Positions 1 to 13,700 of a stretch of DNA of 64,000 nt are shown here, piece by piece (position 1 is the stretch's first letter; every line of letters begins with the position of its first letter). The DNA is from Eremomyces bilateralis CBS 781.70 (lineage: Eukaryota). The stretch lies in NCBI GenBank assembly GCA_010015585.1, contig ML975162.1, one strand, 5' to 3'. The position numbers and the translations under genes are program-made. The notes beneath the pieces are model-generated. The model did no database searches, had not been told where the DNA came from, and saw only the letters and a program-made list of their open reading frames with translations.

Positions 1-283
1 AAGAAGGTTCGGATAGATCCCAATGTTAAGTTCGCACAGATTAAAGAGATCAAAGTAGCGCAAGAGGCTGTACGGCTTCTGGAGGCAAATACTATACTAG
101 AACAGAGTATTCCCGTGGCTGAAACTATACCAGACGCTCCCCAAGATGCTGTACAATAGTCCTATGGTTTGAATTTTCAATATAATTACGTGGTGGTAGA
201 GATGTCACGGTTTTCATGATGGTGGCTAAGATGGTGATACTGGCCAAGTAGGTGGTTGGCCAACAGGCAGGGGTTCGAACTTA
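1..283 (+). mobile_element. Right end of a Fot1/pogo-like (Tc1/mariner superfamily) DNA transposon, truncated by the window edge
   Basis: Frame 1 from base 1 reads KKVRIDPNVKFAQIKEIKVAQE..., resembling the C-terminal motif of fungal Fot1-type transposases, with a stop at 157-159. Bases ~240-281 read inward as AGTTCGAACCCCTGCCTGTTGGCCAACCACCTACTTGGCCA (AGT start, internal TTGGCCA repeat) and are followed by TA at 282-283, the expected target-site duplication. The left end is not visible. Confidence 0.7.
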
Positions 284-475
284 GAATCTAGATGGTTGAC
301 TTTGAATGGCTGCTCTTCCGACGTGCAACCTTTACGTGGATGTACAAAAGCCCTTTTCTATTAATTATCGGAAGCCATTATTGCACTGGATATGAAAGAA
401 GGCATTCGCTTGCCACTTTCCGATGATCTAGATTGAATGCGACTTTACGACTTTCCTTGCAATGTCACATAAAAC

Positions 476-502
476 ATGGGGTAAATGGGGTAAATGGGGA
501 AT
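476..502. repeat. 9-bp tandem repeat (ATGGGGTAA) x~3
   Basis: atggggtaa atggggtaa atggggaat seen directly. Confidence 0.85.
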
Positions 503-801
503 ATATTAGACATTGGTCGTTGTTCATGCCGACTATGCGCAGATCCAGCCCCGATGGCCAGACGCCCCAGAAGACCACCAGACTGATTTTAATTGCTGCG
601 AATGGAGTATGAAATCTTGTTGGCGACACGGAAGTTCATTGTAGTCAGGCGCCCGGGAACGTCGATGCAAATACACATGCATTTAGTTGCGGCAATTCGA
701 ACATGTGCTGCTGCGCTTGACCATGTCTCTGCATACGGTAATTACGGTAATACCTGTACTTCATTCAATCATGACCTATACCTATGGTAAACCCTTTGTC
801 A

Positions 802-2721
802 TCAATCGTCAGGATACTCGTCCCGAATATTGCTGATGAATTCCCGCGTCTGTTGGTCGAACCGCTGGAAGAACTCCCCAGCACCGCGCATCGTCCGGTC
901 CGACGGTTCGCCCATGTACACCTTGATGGACTCCTCCGCAACATATTTGGTGTGGCCATCTGAAGCCCTAGATCCATGGTTAGCTTCCGATGTATGCCGG
1001 AGCGATACCGGTATTCCGCCTATCCATAGTGGGGGTGGGAGGAATCGATATACCACTCACCTTACTAGATAAAACGCCTGACTTCTTCCCCCTCCAAGGG
1101 CATCGACATTCATCGTTCGGATCCACTCCTCGCTCTGCTCGCACTTGGAGTCCCATCCCACGACCAGCCCGGTATACCCGTATCTCGCATGCTTCATCAT
1201 CTGCCCCACCCGGTACTTCACCCTGCCCACCTCTGCCGTGTTCCTCCGCTTTACCGTCACCGAACGCATGTCGTCCAGGCGCGTTCGCGTGCAGACCGTG
1301 CTCAACGTCAGCGTCGACTGCGTGTGCGGCCCGTCCTCGGTGAGCAGGTATTTCTCGATGAGTGGCACGTCGTACTTGCGTTCGTCCTGCAGCCGCACCG
1401 CGTAGAAGTCGGCGAGTCGCCGCACGTCCTGCGGTTGTTGGGAGAGCATCAGTTGTGCCCACACAGAGCTGTAAAGTAGGTCCTCGTCGGTCGGGTGCTC
1501 GGCTTCGCCGGTGGCGCCCCAGGGATCGATGTTTTGCGGGAAGTCGTAGTGTCGATGACGGTGGAGGCCGTTGAGGATGTTGCGAGCGTTGCGGAGGACG
1601 AGGTCGATGGTGGACGCGGGCGTCATGAAGTCGGGCCAGGAGTCGGGGTGCACTTCCATAGCGGACAGGAGGCCGCGCAGCTCCTCCACAGAGTGCTCCC
1701 TGCTGTCTCGGAATGGGTCCATGAACATGCGCTTTTGATCGTCGGTTGCTTCGTCGGTGAGTGGTCGTCCGTCCAGCGTCTTGCTTTCTGACGCCTGCAC
1801 AATCACCATGATGTGAAGCGGGAAATCCGTCGGATGGGCAGTGATCCCCAGCCGCCTCGCAACTCCGCAGTATATCGCAGCGTTCACGAGCGGTAGTGCC
1901 CGATGGTGTGGATGTCGCAGCGCAATCCCAATGAACCGATTGCGGAGCTCGTGGTAATCCGCCTCAGGGACCCCCTGAAACCCCTGATCCCGGAGAAACG
2001 CAGCCAGAGCAACTGCAGTTTCTCTTGTTGATAAGCGTCCATGTTCCGGTGTATATTGGCGGAAGCGTTCCGCCAGGTCGTCCAGCTCCGGACCGATCTC
2101 CGCGGTCATGGATAGGGACCCGAGCGCACATAGATCCAGTCCCGCCAATGCACTCTCGAGCTCGATATCCCGTCCGTTGTGCAGGTCGCCCCATATCTTC
2201 ACCGACTTTTGTTTGTGAATTGCCGACAACACCACCTTGCTCCAGTATCGTACCGCCATCCCATCTCCAACCTCCGGATCCGCATGTAGTTGCTCCAGCA
2301 GTATATCCTTCGCATCGAACTCGAGCATCAGGAGCCAATCCAAATGTTGCAGCTTGTGCGTCGGATTATTCTGCAGCAGCGCCATGCGCTTCAAGATCGC
2401 GGCGTTCAAGAGCATCCGCGAGGTGTAGATCTCCTTCCAATCGTTCGCAGCCGGCGGCTGGTCAAGCATCTCCCGAAGCAGATCGACATCCTTCCAGAAC
2501 CGAAAGTCTTCGACGCAGAAGCGTTGCCAGAGGAGGTTGGAGGTTGCGACGCCATGGAGTCGCTGGCAGGTCGCTTGCGCGGCGCAAACGTCCTTGGGCC
2601 GCAGGAACTGGAGGATATGATCGAGGAGTTCGTCAGGTAAATCGGTCAGGTGGCACCTCGGCTTGTTCTGTGCAACGGACAGTGGAGGCAACGTTCTCCA
2701 TGACCACGACAAAGGATTCAT
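802..2721 (-). CDS. F-box protein with transglutaminase-like (SirB1-type) middle domain and C-terminal YccV-like/hemimethylated DNA-binding domain (FBXO21-like)
   Basis: N-terminal F-box LTDLPDELLDHILQFL; PLVNAAIYCGVARRLG..DFPLHIMV; YccV-like VKYRVGQMMKHARYGYTGLVVGWD...YVAEESI. Intron 1060-968 (GTGAGT..CTAAC..TAG) joins the 554-aa ORF to the last exon, which ends RDEYPDD*. Confidence 0.9.
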
Positions 2722-4012
2722 TGTGTACCCATTGGTTATGAGCAGCTGGTTACAGAGGTTGAAACAAGGTTCAGTGAAGGTTCCAGGCGGAGTGGAGTGA
2801 TGGATTCTGCAATTCAGTTCCGAGATCAGCGCTGGGATTTGATTGGTGGGAGGCAGTGGTGTATGATACTGTAGGGTGATAGATTTAAAAATAGGCGAAT
2901 CCGATAAGGAAATGCTGCGTTGACCTTCTGTTAGCAGCTTTGATGTTTTCTCATTTCCGATGTGGTCTTGTACTATGTACTGAAACTTGAGGCTCCGCGG
3001 CGATTATTAAGTGGTAGAATCTAGGGCGCCGTCTGGTGTCGTCACGCCATAGCTACTCAGGAGTCAGGATACACAGTATACTCCGTACGGAATACAGACT
3101 ACACTTGCAGGTAGCTGGAGTAACCCATGTGCCTAGTTAAGCACCTGCACGGTATCGTGCTACGGTGCTAGTAACAGTCTTGCCTAATAGAAGTCGATCC
3201 CCTATCTTTAAGATTGGTATTCCGTACCTTGAGAGCTTATGGTATGGAAGCAGATCACGACGGATATCGGAGATCAATCGAGCCCATCCGATATCCCGAT
3301 GGCTGATGTTCCTTAATTAAGTTCTCACTTGCCATAGAGCTCTGTAATCAGCTACACATCACGGCCCGTCCGATGTCATGCTCACTTAGCGTTATGGAGG
3401 ACCATCCTGGGCATCTTCTAATTATTCTAAGCCGTATGCTATGAGATAATATTACCGAGATCTCGGCCGATTCTCTTTGACCAGTATAATATATAATAAC
3501 GTCGCGGCTGTGCTTCCTCCATGCCTCCCATCAACATCACTACATCAGTGTTCCTTAACTGGCGTTCCAGCCTTGGGACATGGAGTCGGCAGTATCGGGG
3601 TTTCATTCCACCGCGACATGCACAAAATGCCGATATGTATCTCAGATTCTCAGTCAATGCAGCGGGGCCCGACCTCCCCGGAGCCGCGGATCCGGACTAC
3701 GGCGGGAGTCCGCCAAAAAGAAAGGGAATGCTTTGGCTTTTTGGTCCAATGGTCAGTGCCGGTCTTAGCGTCATCTCATCTCACTAATACTGCATATCTG
3801 GAATTGTCCCCCGCCACAAGTCTCTGTCAGCATTTCACCGAAAGCGAAATATGACAGCCTCCTAACGGCGGACCCTACACAATATTTATATCTGGTTTTA
3901 CAACATCCTCGAGACTGTGAATATCCACGTGTTGAATATATATATATAAATTTTGTCCTGATAATTGGACGTGGACGTCCCTCGGTTTCTCCCCGGCCGA
4001 CATCATACCGAA

Positions 4013-5925
4013 ATGGCTGAATCGTCATCGAGCCTCTCACGCGTTGATTCGTTTCAGTATCCCGCCGCACATCTTGGTCACTTGACAGACTCCCAGCAGA
4101 TGAGCTTGGATGAATTCAAATCGATATGCGAAAAAGCAGGCTATTACAAGCCGTCGACAGGCGCTCCTTACAGCTATGCGAGCCACGATGACGAGACCAT
4201 GCTGTAAGGCTAGAGATGATTCCGTGCTTTTGAATTGCTGTTGACGAACCATAGACGGTACCTGCGGGCCCGAAAGTTTGTGCCGAGTGAAGCGGTCAAG
4301 CAGTTCAAAGACACCGAGGACTGGAGGAAAGCGAACCACCTGAAAGATCTATACGACACCATCGACACTCAGGAGTACGAACAGACTCGCCGCTTAGTAA
4401 GGATTTATAGGAAGCCTGATTAAGTATCCGTCACGTTCTAATAGTTCACCAGTATCCCCAATGGACAGGTCGGAGAGACAAGAGAGGGATTCCCGTTTAC
4501 CTGTTTGAAGTCGCTCATTTGGACTCCAAAACCGTATCGGAATATGAGAAATCCGTTACGATGAGTACGACGGTGCCTCATAACGAGGCTAAAGTTCCGA
4601 CCAAAATGCTCCGCTTGTTTGCTTTGTACGAAAATCTCACGAGATTTATAATGCCTCTATGCACTTCCTTGGAGGATAGGCCGCATCTTGAGACGCCTAT
4701 CTCTCAAAGCAGCAATATTGTCGACATCTCAAAAGTCGGCCTGCGGACGTTCTGGAATTTGAAGAACCATATGCAAGATGCTAGCCAGCTGGCAACTGCT
4801 CACTACCCGGAAACCCTTGACAGAATCTTCGTAAGTATCCTGGCCGACCTCTATATGACTATCGGCTAAGGACTACAGATCATTGGCGCCCCTGTGTTTT
4901 TCCCAACCGTCTGGAGTTGGATCAAGCGCTGGTTCGACCCGATCACCGTCTCCAAAATATTCATCCTCGGCCCGTCTGAAGTCAAACCGACACTGGAGAA
5001 ATTCATCGACATCGCCAATATCCCCAAGAAATATGGCGGCGAACTGGACTTCGAATTCGGCATGCTTCCCGTTCTAGAACCTTCTATCAAGGAACACCTC
5101 CAATGGCAGTCTCCCCACATACAGGGAGGTCAGAAAACGTTTCCCATCGGCCCAATCATCTGGCGTGAAGCCCCGGGTGACCATATGGAAGCCATCGCGG
5201 TCGGTTCGGAGGGCAGGAAGCGAAGGGAACAGGTCGTTGCACGCGTGAAGGCCGACTTCAAGGGCATGCACGGCGTTTCACGTCTGAACACGGAGATCGA
5301 CTGGTCTCAAGAACCCGCCATTCCATCGACGGGGACCAATACGCAACCGACGGAAGACGGCGATCTTTATTATGGGAGCGATCTAGCACCTGAGCGCGCA
5401 AACACGCCTGCGGAGGTGGACGGTGGCGGCGCTGCCACGGCCGCAGCGGTGGAAGCAGATACGCAGCAGAATGGCGAAGCAGCGGAGAGTGGTGCGGACG
5501 CTGATGCTACTCGGACGGGGACGTCGGTCACCAAGCAGGGGCAGCAGACCGGCACGCATGCGGAAGGCCAACTGGCAGAGGGGACTCCCCAAAACGTATC
5601 TCACGACGTTGGCGGAGACAAGGCGGCGGTGATGGAGCCAAAGACGGTAGGGCAGGCGCCCAAGACTGTCCCGGTTCCGGATCCGGTCGAGGAGACGCCT
5701 GGGGTTGTGGGGAAGGCGAAGGCGGCTGCCGGGGCGGTCGGCGGGGCGATCGAGAACACGGTGGGGGCGCTGGAAGAGAAAGTAGGGTTGACGGGGAAGG
5801 AAGAGAAGAAGGAAGAGGTGCTGGCGGAGAGGCCTAAGGATCCGAGGGTAAATGAGTTGGAAAATGGGAAGGTGGAGGAATTTATCAGGAGCCGGAATGC
5901 AAGTGAGACCCCTAAAGCTCCGTAA
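4013..5925 (+). CDS. Sec14/CRAL-TRIO lipid-binding protein with low-complexity C-terminal tail
   Basis: DDETMLRYLRARKF, YPQWTGRRDKRGIP, SQLATAHYPETLDRIFIIGAP, IPKKYGGELD. Introns 4204-4254, 4397-4452 and 4831-4878 restore one frame. Confidence 0.92.
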
Positions 5926-6229
5926 AGCTATGGAGTAACAAGAGTTGAATAGAAGCTAGCACTCGTTGCGATATATGGATTGGAATTAGAGCGTTTCGGA
6001 TATTGGATGATATCACTTCCCTTTTCGGTTGCTCTAACCCGTGGCTTACGATAAAATCGATTTCTCATTCTGTTGTTTCATATCCTGTATACAACTAGAG
6101 ATTTTGATGGCCCTGAAATACGTTGCATGAACCCAAGGTATCTAGAACCAGTCCAACGCCCTCGAAATGCTGCCCAACAATCTATCGACGAAAGAAAACC
6201 ACGCCCCCCAGGCCAGACGCATCTCCATG

Positions 6230-9200
6230 CTACTCCGTCAAAAGCTTTTGATTTCTCGACCCCTGAACACCGTGCTTCGAGTATCCACAATACTTGTCTC
6301 GAATGGCGATCACTTCGTATGTTCCTTCCTCGCTCGCTTTGATCTTCATCTCATATTCGTAGCTAGTCGCCATCCGAGACTCCAACACCACGCTCTTCCT
6401 GCCCTTCTCCGCGTTCGTGCTGCGAGTGTACGTGAACTCGAACGGCGGGGTGCCTTCGAATTCGAACAGGATCTCCGCCTCGCTTCCTTCGTGGATGTCC
6501 ACGACGGAGTAACGGCCTTTGGACAGCCGCACCGCCGGAAGCGGCCGAACGAACTTGGCGATGTGCGTGCTGGTTCGACAGTTGGAGGACGAGTCCTTGA
6601 TGCCAGTGACGGTGAAGGGACCCGCTTCATCAGCGACTCGGCGGAATTCGTTGGTCCTCACCTTCGCCTTTCGGTCTTTCTTGAAGTTGTAGAACACTTC
6701 AAACGGTCCTTTTCCGGAAAGGGCAAAAGCAAGATGCTCGCCTACACAGTAATCCGTCTTTGCCTCCATAGGAGATACAGACGGAGCCTCGTGCATGGAG
6801 ATGTGTACACGGCTGCTTTCCGCAGGCACTCCGACTTCCGATTTGCTCTGGCAGCCTCTCGAGTCCAGAACCTTGCGGATGATGAGGCTCGAGTGACCGA
6901 GCTGCAGCGAGCTGTGCGGGATGCGAAGCTCGTGTTGACGCTTTTCAACACCGCGGAACGTCAACATCTCCGGTCGTGCGGTTCCACTATGCCGAATTTC
7001 GACGTCGATAGAAAACGGCGGGACACCGTTCAGCTCCACGGGAATGATCTCGTCGCCATCACCCTCGGTAGCACAGCAACTGTACGTCTTCCCAGGATTG
7101 GAGAAGTATGCGGTAGGACGCTCGAAGACGGTTTGCTCGACAGTAACGGGGTTGTGGCGTTTGGGATCATGGTCGTAATTGGAATCGCTTAGCTCGCTGA
7201 ATGTGTATGTAAGGACACCTGCGTCGGATGTGTCCATGCGGATGGAAGCACTCTCTGTAGCCGGATTGAGTTCGCGTTTTCGTAGCGACTTTTGACCTTG
7301 CAGGGGTTTTTGGTACCCGAGCTTCTTGCTTGAACTTCGGATAGGTGCGTGATGTTCGGTATATTTGACAGTGAACGGAGGTTGGCCTTGGGGTGCGAGT
7401 TAGTACAACACTTCCCGTAGATCAAAAGTAGAAAACTCTTACCTGATAGGACGAGTTCAAGATAGTCCTCGTCTCCTTCGCATACCTCCGTCTTGACGTA
7501 CTTAACCTCATCCTTACGCACTCGTTGGCTGGCTGGGATATCGAGCTGAGGCCGAGGGATGGAGCTGACTGTAAAGAGGCCAGCGCCGTTCTGACGTTCC
7601 ACTACCCCTTTACAATCTACATCCGTAATACCTACGAGTTCGTATGTGCCTTCTTTATTTACTGAGAGAATCCCATTCGGCTTATCGAACTGTTGTGTAT
7701 CGGTAACAACGTTGCCAGGATCAGACGGCGAGACCCAGGTGAATTCCACCTTGAAAGGCGGACGCCCGGTCAGTCGAATTGGTAGCTGCACTATCTTCCC
7801 GGTCAAAATCTTGACGGCCCGTTTCGCATCGATGACACCGAAGGACGCCTTTGGCCTCTGGTGACGGACATTGATTTTGGTCTCTGCAGTCAATAGTTCT
7901 CTGCAACCGCTCTTGTCCGTTACACTTGATAGAGCGACAGTGTACTCTCCGCCAGTTGATAACCGGCTCGTTTCAATTGTAAATTCTTCATCTGTAATAT
8001 TGGACACTTTCTGCCGCTTTCTCTTTCCGGCGTGAACCAATTCATATTCAAGCGCCCAGGGCGCCTCTCCGAGCAGCCTCACTTGAAGAGGCACAGACTC
8101 GTCGATACAAGCCGGTTGAGTTGTCGAGCTGGTGAAGTGTGCAGAAGCAGCAGGTCGGACGGTCTGGCGAATGACCAGGTCTTTGTCACTCAAGTGCCGA
8201 GTTTCATAGACACTGTCAGAGATCCCCGTAATAGTGTAGGTATAACTGCCTGCCTCCGGCGGAGTGAGCTCAAACTGCCCCTTTAGTTTTCTGAAGTCGT
8301 GGTAGACGGCCCTCGGCTGTTTCTCCCCATCTTTTTGAATTTGCACACGAACACGGAAAGGGGGAGTTCCAGTGAGGTCGGCGGAAACACGAAGGCCAAT
8401 GGGACTGCCCGCACATTTGTCGAAGATATTCTCAGTAGAAACTGAAATCGAGGGCTCAGGCGGATTCAGAACTGTGCAAGAAGACGGTTCGTGGATGTCC
8501 CCTTCGCAGAAGTTGCTCGAAACACTCTGGATCGTGTATAACCCTGGCATCTCAACAGAAGGCTTCTGGTCGCGAAAGCGGATCGTCGACTTCGTTAGAG
8601 GTGACCTGTCGCTGTGCTCGCCATTCGGGAGGAGCGCTTCCTCCGGAGTAAATCGATACTCCACTGACAATGGGAAGTCCAGAACGGACCCAGAGGAGCT
8701 GTAATCCAGTGGCAATTGGGCGGACAGCCCACGAGCAACTCGCAACGGCCTGTCCGGGGTACAATCCACAAGAGAAACCCGTGGGCGATCGTGGACCTCG
8801 AATGTCTGAGTAGGCGCCATCTTTTTGGTGCTAGAGTAAGATTCCTCAGGACCCTCGATGTAGCTGATAGCATTGCCTAGAGCATCTTGAACAAGCTCAA
8901 TCTCATAGACCCAGTTCCCACTCGCGTCCAAAGTTTCATTGATGGGAACCAGGACCCGGTGAGGCTGAGCATATGAGAGGTCGGGGGCGTCTGCTGCTGA
9001 GGGGGCTCCAGAAGATTGGTGTCTGGAAAGGGGTGATATAAACCCATCAGGCTGTATGCCTTGCAAAGTCGCTCGAGCTCGAATTCCGTTGACTTCCTTT
9101 CGGTATTTGATTCGCATCGGCGGCGTCCCCTCAATCTCAAGCACAAAATTTGACAGTTCTCCCGAGCACTTGTTCTTCCCACTCTCTTTAAACCTGCCCT

Positions 9201-10179
9201 CTGGACACTGTACAACATACACTGTCGATGGTCTCGGTCGGACTTCCAGTCGGGACTCATCTACGATCTTGGACAGCTTATACAACCCAGTTTTGCGAAT
9301 AGGATACTTCAGTACGATAGGCTCATTGGAGTTCGGCTTGTGAGCTTTCAGCGCCTGTTTCATGAGTTTCCTCGTTTCTTTAGAGTTAATCTCGATCTTC
9401 TCCACAACGTTTTCATTCAGGTCCGCGCGCAATAATTCGATGAAAATGGGGGTTGTCTGGTTAATGAGAATCGGCATTTCGACTGGTTGGTTGGTGGTCC
9501 CAATGCACAGCGGTGTACCATCGGGATTTAGGGCAGCTGATCTAATACGCTTGTCAGTCGCAATACTTCAATGATTGAATCTAACTTACCCTTCAGGCAG
9601 GATATGAATGACCTGTTTCCCAAGAATCAAGGAAGCGTTATGCAATAGATGTCCAGGTTTCACCCGCCTTTCCGAAATTGCTAGCTCGCTGTCCCAAAAC
9701 GTCTTGATAAATGCCACTATCCATGATTGAAGCGGCAGCCCAATCTTGAACATGAGCATACCATCCAAGACCGCATGGCCCATGAAAAGAACGAGCCTAA
9801 AGGCAGGCGACCATTCTAGCCACGGGATATGTAGCGCAAACAACCCATAAAGAAAGGCACAGTCAATGGCCACCCATTTCATGAACAGCCAAAATGACTC
9901 GGTATCGTCGATCCACAGACTGTAGAAATCGTGTAGCCGCCATATCCAAAGCGCTATGTAGACGCCGAGCACCGAGAGACGTTGGGTTGCGGGATCGATG
10001 AGATCGGGAGAGATGACCGGGTGGTATTCTTCTTGGGAGTCATCTTCTGCTGGAAGCTTCAGGAGAGGTGATGTCCTCGACCGTGACTGTGGGTTTCCTC
10101 CATCTTGACCGTATCCTCTTCTCCGTGTCGTTTGCGGTGTGCCTGGAAACGCAGAGGACAGGCGAGGTGTGCCGTTCAT
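6230..10179 (-). CDS. POM152: Nuclear pore membrane protein Pom152
   Basis: Start MNGTPRLSSAFPGTP; N-terminal TM region (FMKWVAIDCAFLYGL..IPWLEWS); ASLILGKQVIHILPEG; repeated Ig-like units (GTPPF, GEAPW, GRPPF, GVPPF). Three ORF blocks are joined by short introns (about 9535-9588 and within 7250-7442). Confidence 0.93.
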
Positions 10180-10723
10180 TGCATGATGCAGCGCCACTCG
10201 GCGCAATTAGATGGACAGCAAACAAGGGAAGTAACCAGACGGCTCACCAAAACGGAAATTCTTGGTTCTAGATAGAGTGTTGGCGGTTGAAAGCTCCGGA
10301 TCATCGTCAAGACGCGTGACGAAAAGACGCGAACGTTGAATTGATATCAGAGTGCTACAGCGGACTATCGAAGCCATTGCCGTCGTTGCCTCAATTAAAG
10401 CCTTGCGGCCTGAGGTGTCATTTCAGTTTCCTCCAATGATATCATGAGGATTGTTTTGGTCATCTTCTTTGGCGGACGTTTTCCTGTTTTACATTCACGT
10501 TCACGCAGAAGGGTTTTCGAATAATGGTTTGATTCATTATCGTTGTGTTCATGATTCGCTACATCTCGTCTTCCCATGACGCTTGGCCCGACTCCCAGAC
10601 AAATAAAAGAAAGATGTGAACAGAGCAATCTCGCCTGCATCTTCTAAACACCCAACGCTAAAGAGACGGTATCAAGCAGCCTCCCAGACAAACAACCACG
10701 CTCAACATGCAATCTATGTCTAT

Positions 10724-13700
10724 TTACGCCATTGCTGCGTCTAAGAACCTCGCCAATTCTGCAGCCTGCTCGCCTCTCATCATAGTGAAGTGGTTTGCCC
10801 CTTGCATCCGCTCAATCTTCACAGGATAAGATCCAACCAACTCATCCCACCCATTCGGGCTGAAGTCCGTACGACTCTCAGTGAAGAACTTCATTTTCTC
10901 GGGATCACCTGCGCGTGGCTCCAGCGGCTCAGCATCATACCCGACAAAGATGTTGTCGCATGCCCAAATCATGTGCGTCTTCGGCGCATGCTTGGGAGGA
11001 AGTGGTGGCGCGTAGTAGACGTTCAAAACGTCTACACATGCGAGGAAGTGCGGGACGAGCCAGTCTGGCGCCTTTCCAGTTCCCTCGCCGAAGAGACTGA
11101 TATCATCACAATAGTCGTAGAAATGCTTTGGCAGCTTGTCCAGTCCCATGGGTAGAGGAGAGTCAATCAGAATCAGCGTTTCGACCTCTTCGCCCTGTTC
11201 TATCAGTCTCAGCGCAGCATTGTGTGCAAAGATGCCCCCTGCCGACCAGCCACCGAAATGGTATGGGCCTTGGGGCTGACGTCGACGGATCTCGTGGATA
11301 TAAGCAGCCGTAATCTCATCGATACTGCACTTCATGTTCTGCGGCGTCTTCATGAAAGGGCAGTTCAGACCGACCACCAAAAGCTCATTGCTGATGCGGG
11401 GGACCTGAGCATACGACATTGAGGAACCACAACCATCGGGGAAGAGGAAGAGAGTCTTTTTTGATGCCTTGGGGAGACCCTGAAGTATCACCGATGTGGC
11501 AGGCGGAATCTCGAGCTTGGGAGATGAGATGCTAGATGACCCTTCCACGGAGGTGGTGTCCGTGTAAGCACCTTCATCGGATGTTGTGGAAGGGCTTCTA
11601 GTAGCCGTGGATGCAGAAGCCGAGGAATCTCCTCCGTGAACCCCCAGAATTCCACGAAGCATAGCATCTGCTTCGGACGGGTTCGCTCCCGTAGGAGCAG
11701 CAGAGTCACCGAGGAACCAATCTTTGAATGCCTTCACGGATCCGAAGTCAACAAACAGGGAGGAGTCGAGATCGATCCCCAGCTCTTCTCTGAATCTGCT
11801 TGCCACGATCAACGCAAGCAGTGAGTCCACACCCATGTCAGCGAACTTGCTGTCGTCAGTCAAGTCCGACAGGGCCACGCCGCTCTCTTCGGATAGGATG
11901 TTCAGTGCCTGTGCAAGCTCTTTGGCTGCATTTGAATGCGAGACACCCTCAGCCTCCGGGGTTCCCACTGAAATCTTCATGGCATCTGAACTGGGTGCAG
12001 CGGCAACCGGGCGAGCGGCGGATTTGCTATCGTCCCTGACCGCAAGAATATAATCGAGCAACCTGCGAGGCACACCTTGGAGCTGGAAACCATGTCAGTA
12101 TGGGAACTTGCTAGATCTGCCAGGCTAGTACTTACCACAATGCCCTTGAATATGGCGCAAATGTCATCCTTGTCGTTGAGGACATACACATCACCTTCCC
12201 AATTACCCCCTTCAGCCTCATGCATCTTCACATGGGTCTGGTACGTCGCACTGCCATCAATCGCCTCGAATATCTGCATAGACCTCCAACCATGGTTCAC
12301 AAAGACCTCAACGTCAAGGTCAACATCGTCATTGGCGTTCATTACAAACCCACCGGTCTGGCCGAGACTGTCGATGTAGCATGGATGGCACGTCCAGGTG
12401 CCTCCAACTTTGGTCTTTGCAAAGCTTACCTTGCTGGTGGCTTCCCGATTTGCACTATGAAGGATCACCTCCTGAACGCCACGGTACTCAGAGTCGTACT
12501 GAGCAAGCGCGCTGACGATGCGGTACGCCATCGGGCAGTTGAACCGATTTGTTTCGCCAGTCACGACGCCCTTCTTCAAGTCGGACATCCGAGACTTGAT
12601 GAGGTATGCGTTTCGACGATACTCTTGCAAAGGAGTGGAGTCGGTGAAGCTTAGCACGCAGTGAGAATGTTCAACTAATTTCTCGCCGTGTTCTCCACCC
12701 GTACAGAAACGAAGCGTTGCACGATCTGTGCTGGTGTCAAACTCCACTGTCGTTCGTAGTGGCTGAGGCCCACTGGCTTTGGCAATCAGCGGTTTCTCGA
12801 CAGTCATGTGGCCGACGTCGACAAAAAGGTCTTGGCTTTCCGCTTTGTATTGTGCCAAAAGGTATTTGCCAACGGTCAAGCCAATCTCGGCATACACCGA
12901 AGGCGTGCACAGCGAGACGCCATTAACTTTGTGGCCTCGTACAATCGGGGCCAGGTCAGGGTGAAGGAGATCAGTCTCGAAGACCAACTGGACCTTCTTG
13001 CCATCCTTTTTCTCTAAAAGTTTCTTCTGGACGCACGTATTCTCAAATTGCGGCATAGGAGGTGGTGTTGGAGCCGCTGCAACAAGTGGAGGGTCTCCCT
13101 TTCGGAGGGACCAGTCATTCACGTACTGGATCCAATAGTTTTGCAGATTCCAGTTATAGGCCGGTAGTGGCACTACGGCTTGCGATGACTTGAAGTCACG
13201 ATGGTACTCCGCCCATCGGACGTCCGCTCCGGCGGCATGGAGCCAGTCCAGAGAGTCGACCAATATTTTCCAGGGGTCTTTATTGCGTTGCATGGTAGAC
13301 AAAGTGTTCTTGACGGCGGTAGATGCCCGGATCATACCCGACACAACTGGCTGTGGCCCGATCTCGATAACGGTCGTATTCGCAGTGATGTTGCCCAGGC
13401 TGGCAGCCTCCCTCACAGCACTGAGCATATCAACCGGCTCTCTGCAATGGCGGCGGAGGTACTGAGGAGAAAACACGCCAGATTCTGTGACGACTTTGCC
13501 GATGAGCGGGCACAAGACTGGAATAGCAGGAGCGTGGAAGCGAACACCACTAACGCTATCCTCGAAGGAGTCCAGGATGGGTTCAACTTGTCTGGAATGG
13601 AAAGCATAAGCCGTGTTAAGCTTCGTCGCTTTGATATTGAGAGCTTTGAGGTGATCTGCAATGGCGTCGACAGACGCATTTTCTCCGCAGATCACCGTGT

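Noticed and set aside
6167..7192. Long antisense ORFs (e.g. 6167-7192, 13201-13968, 55609-56421, 60729-61379)
   Set aside because: They are shadows of GC-rich coding sequence on the opposite strand, with no recognisable motifs.
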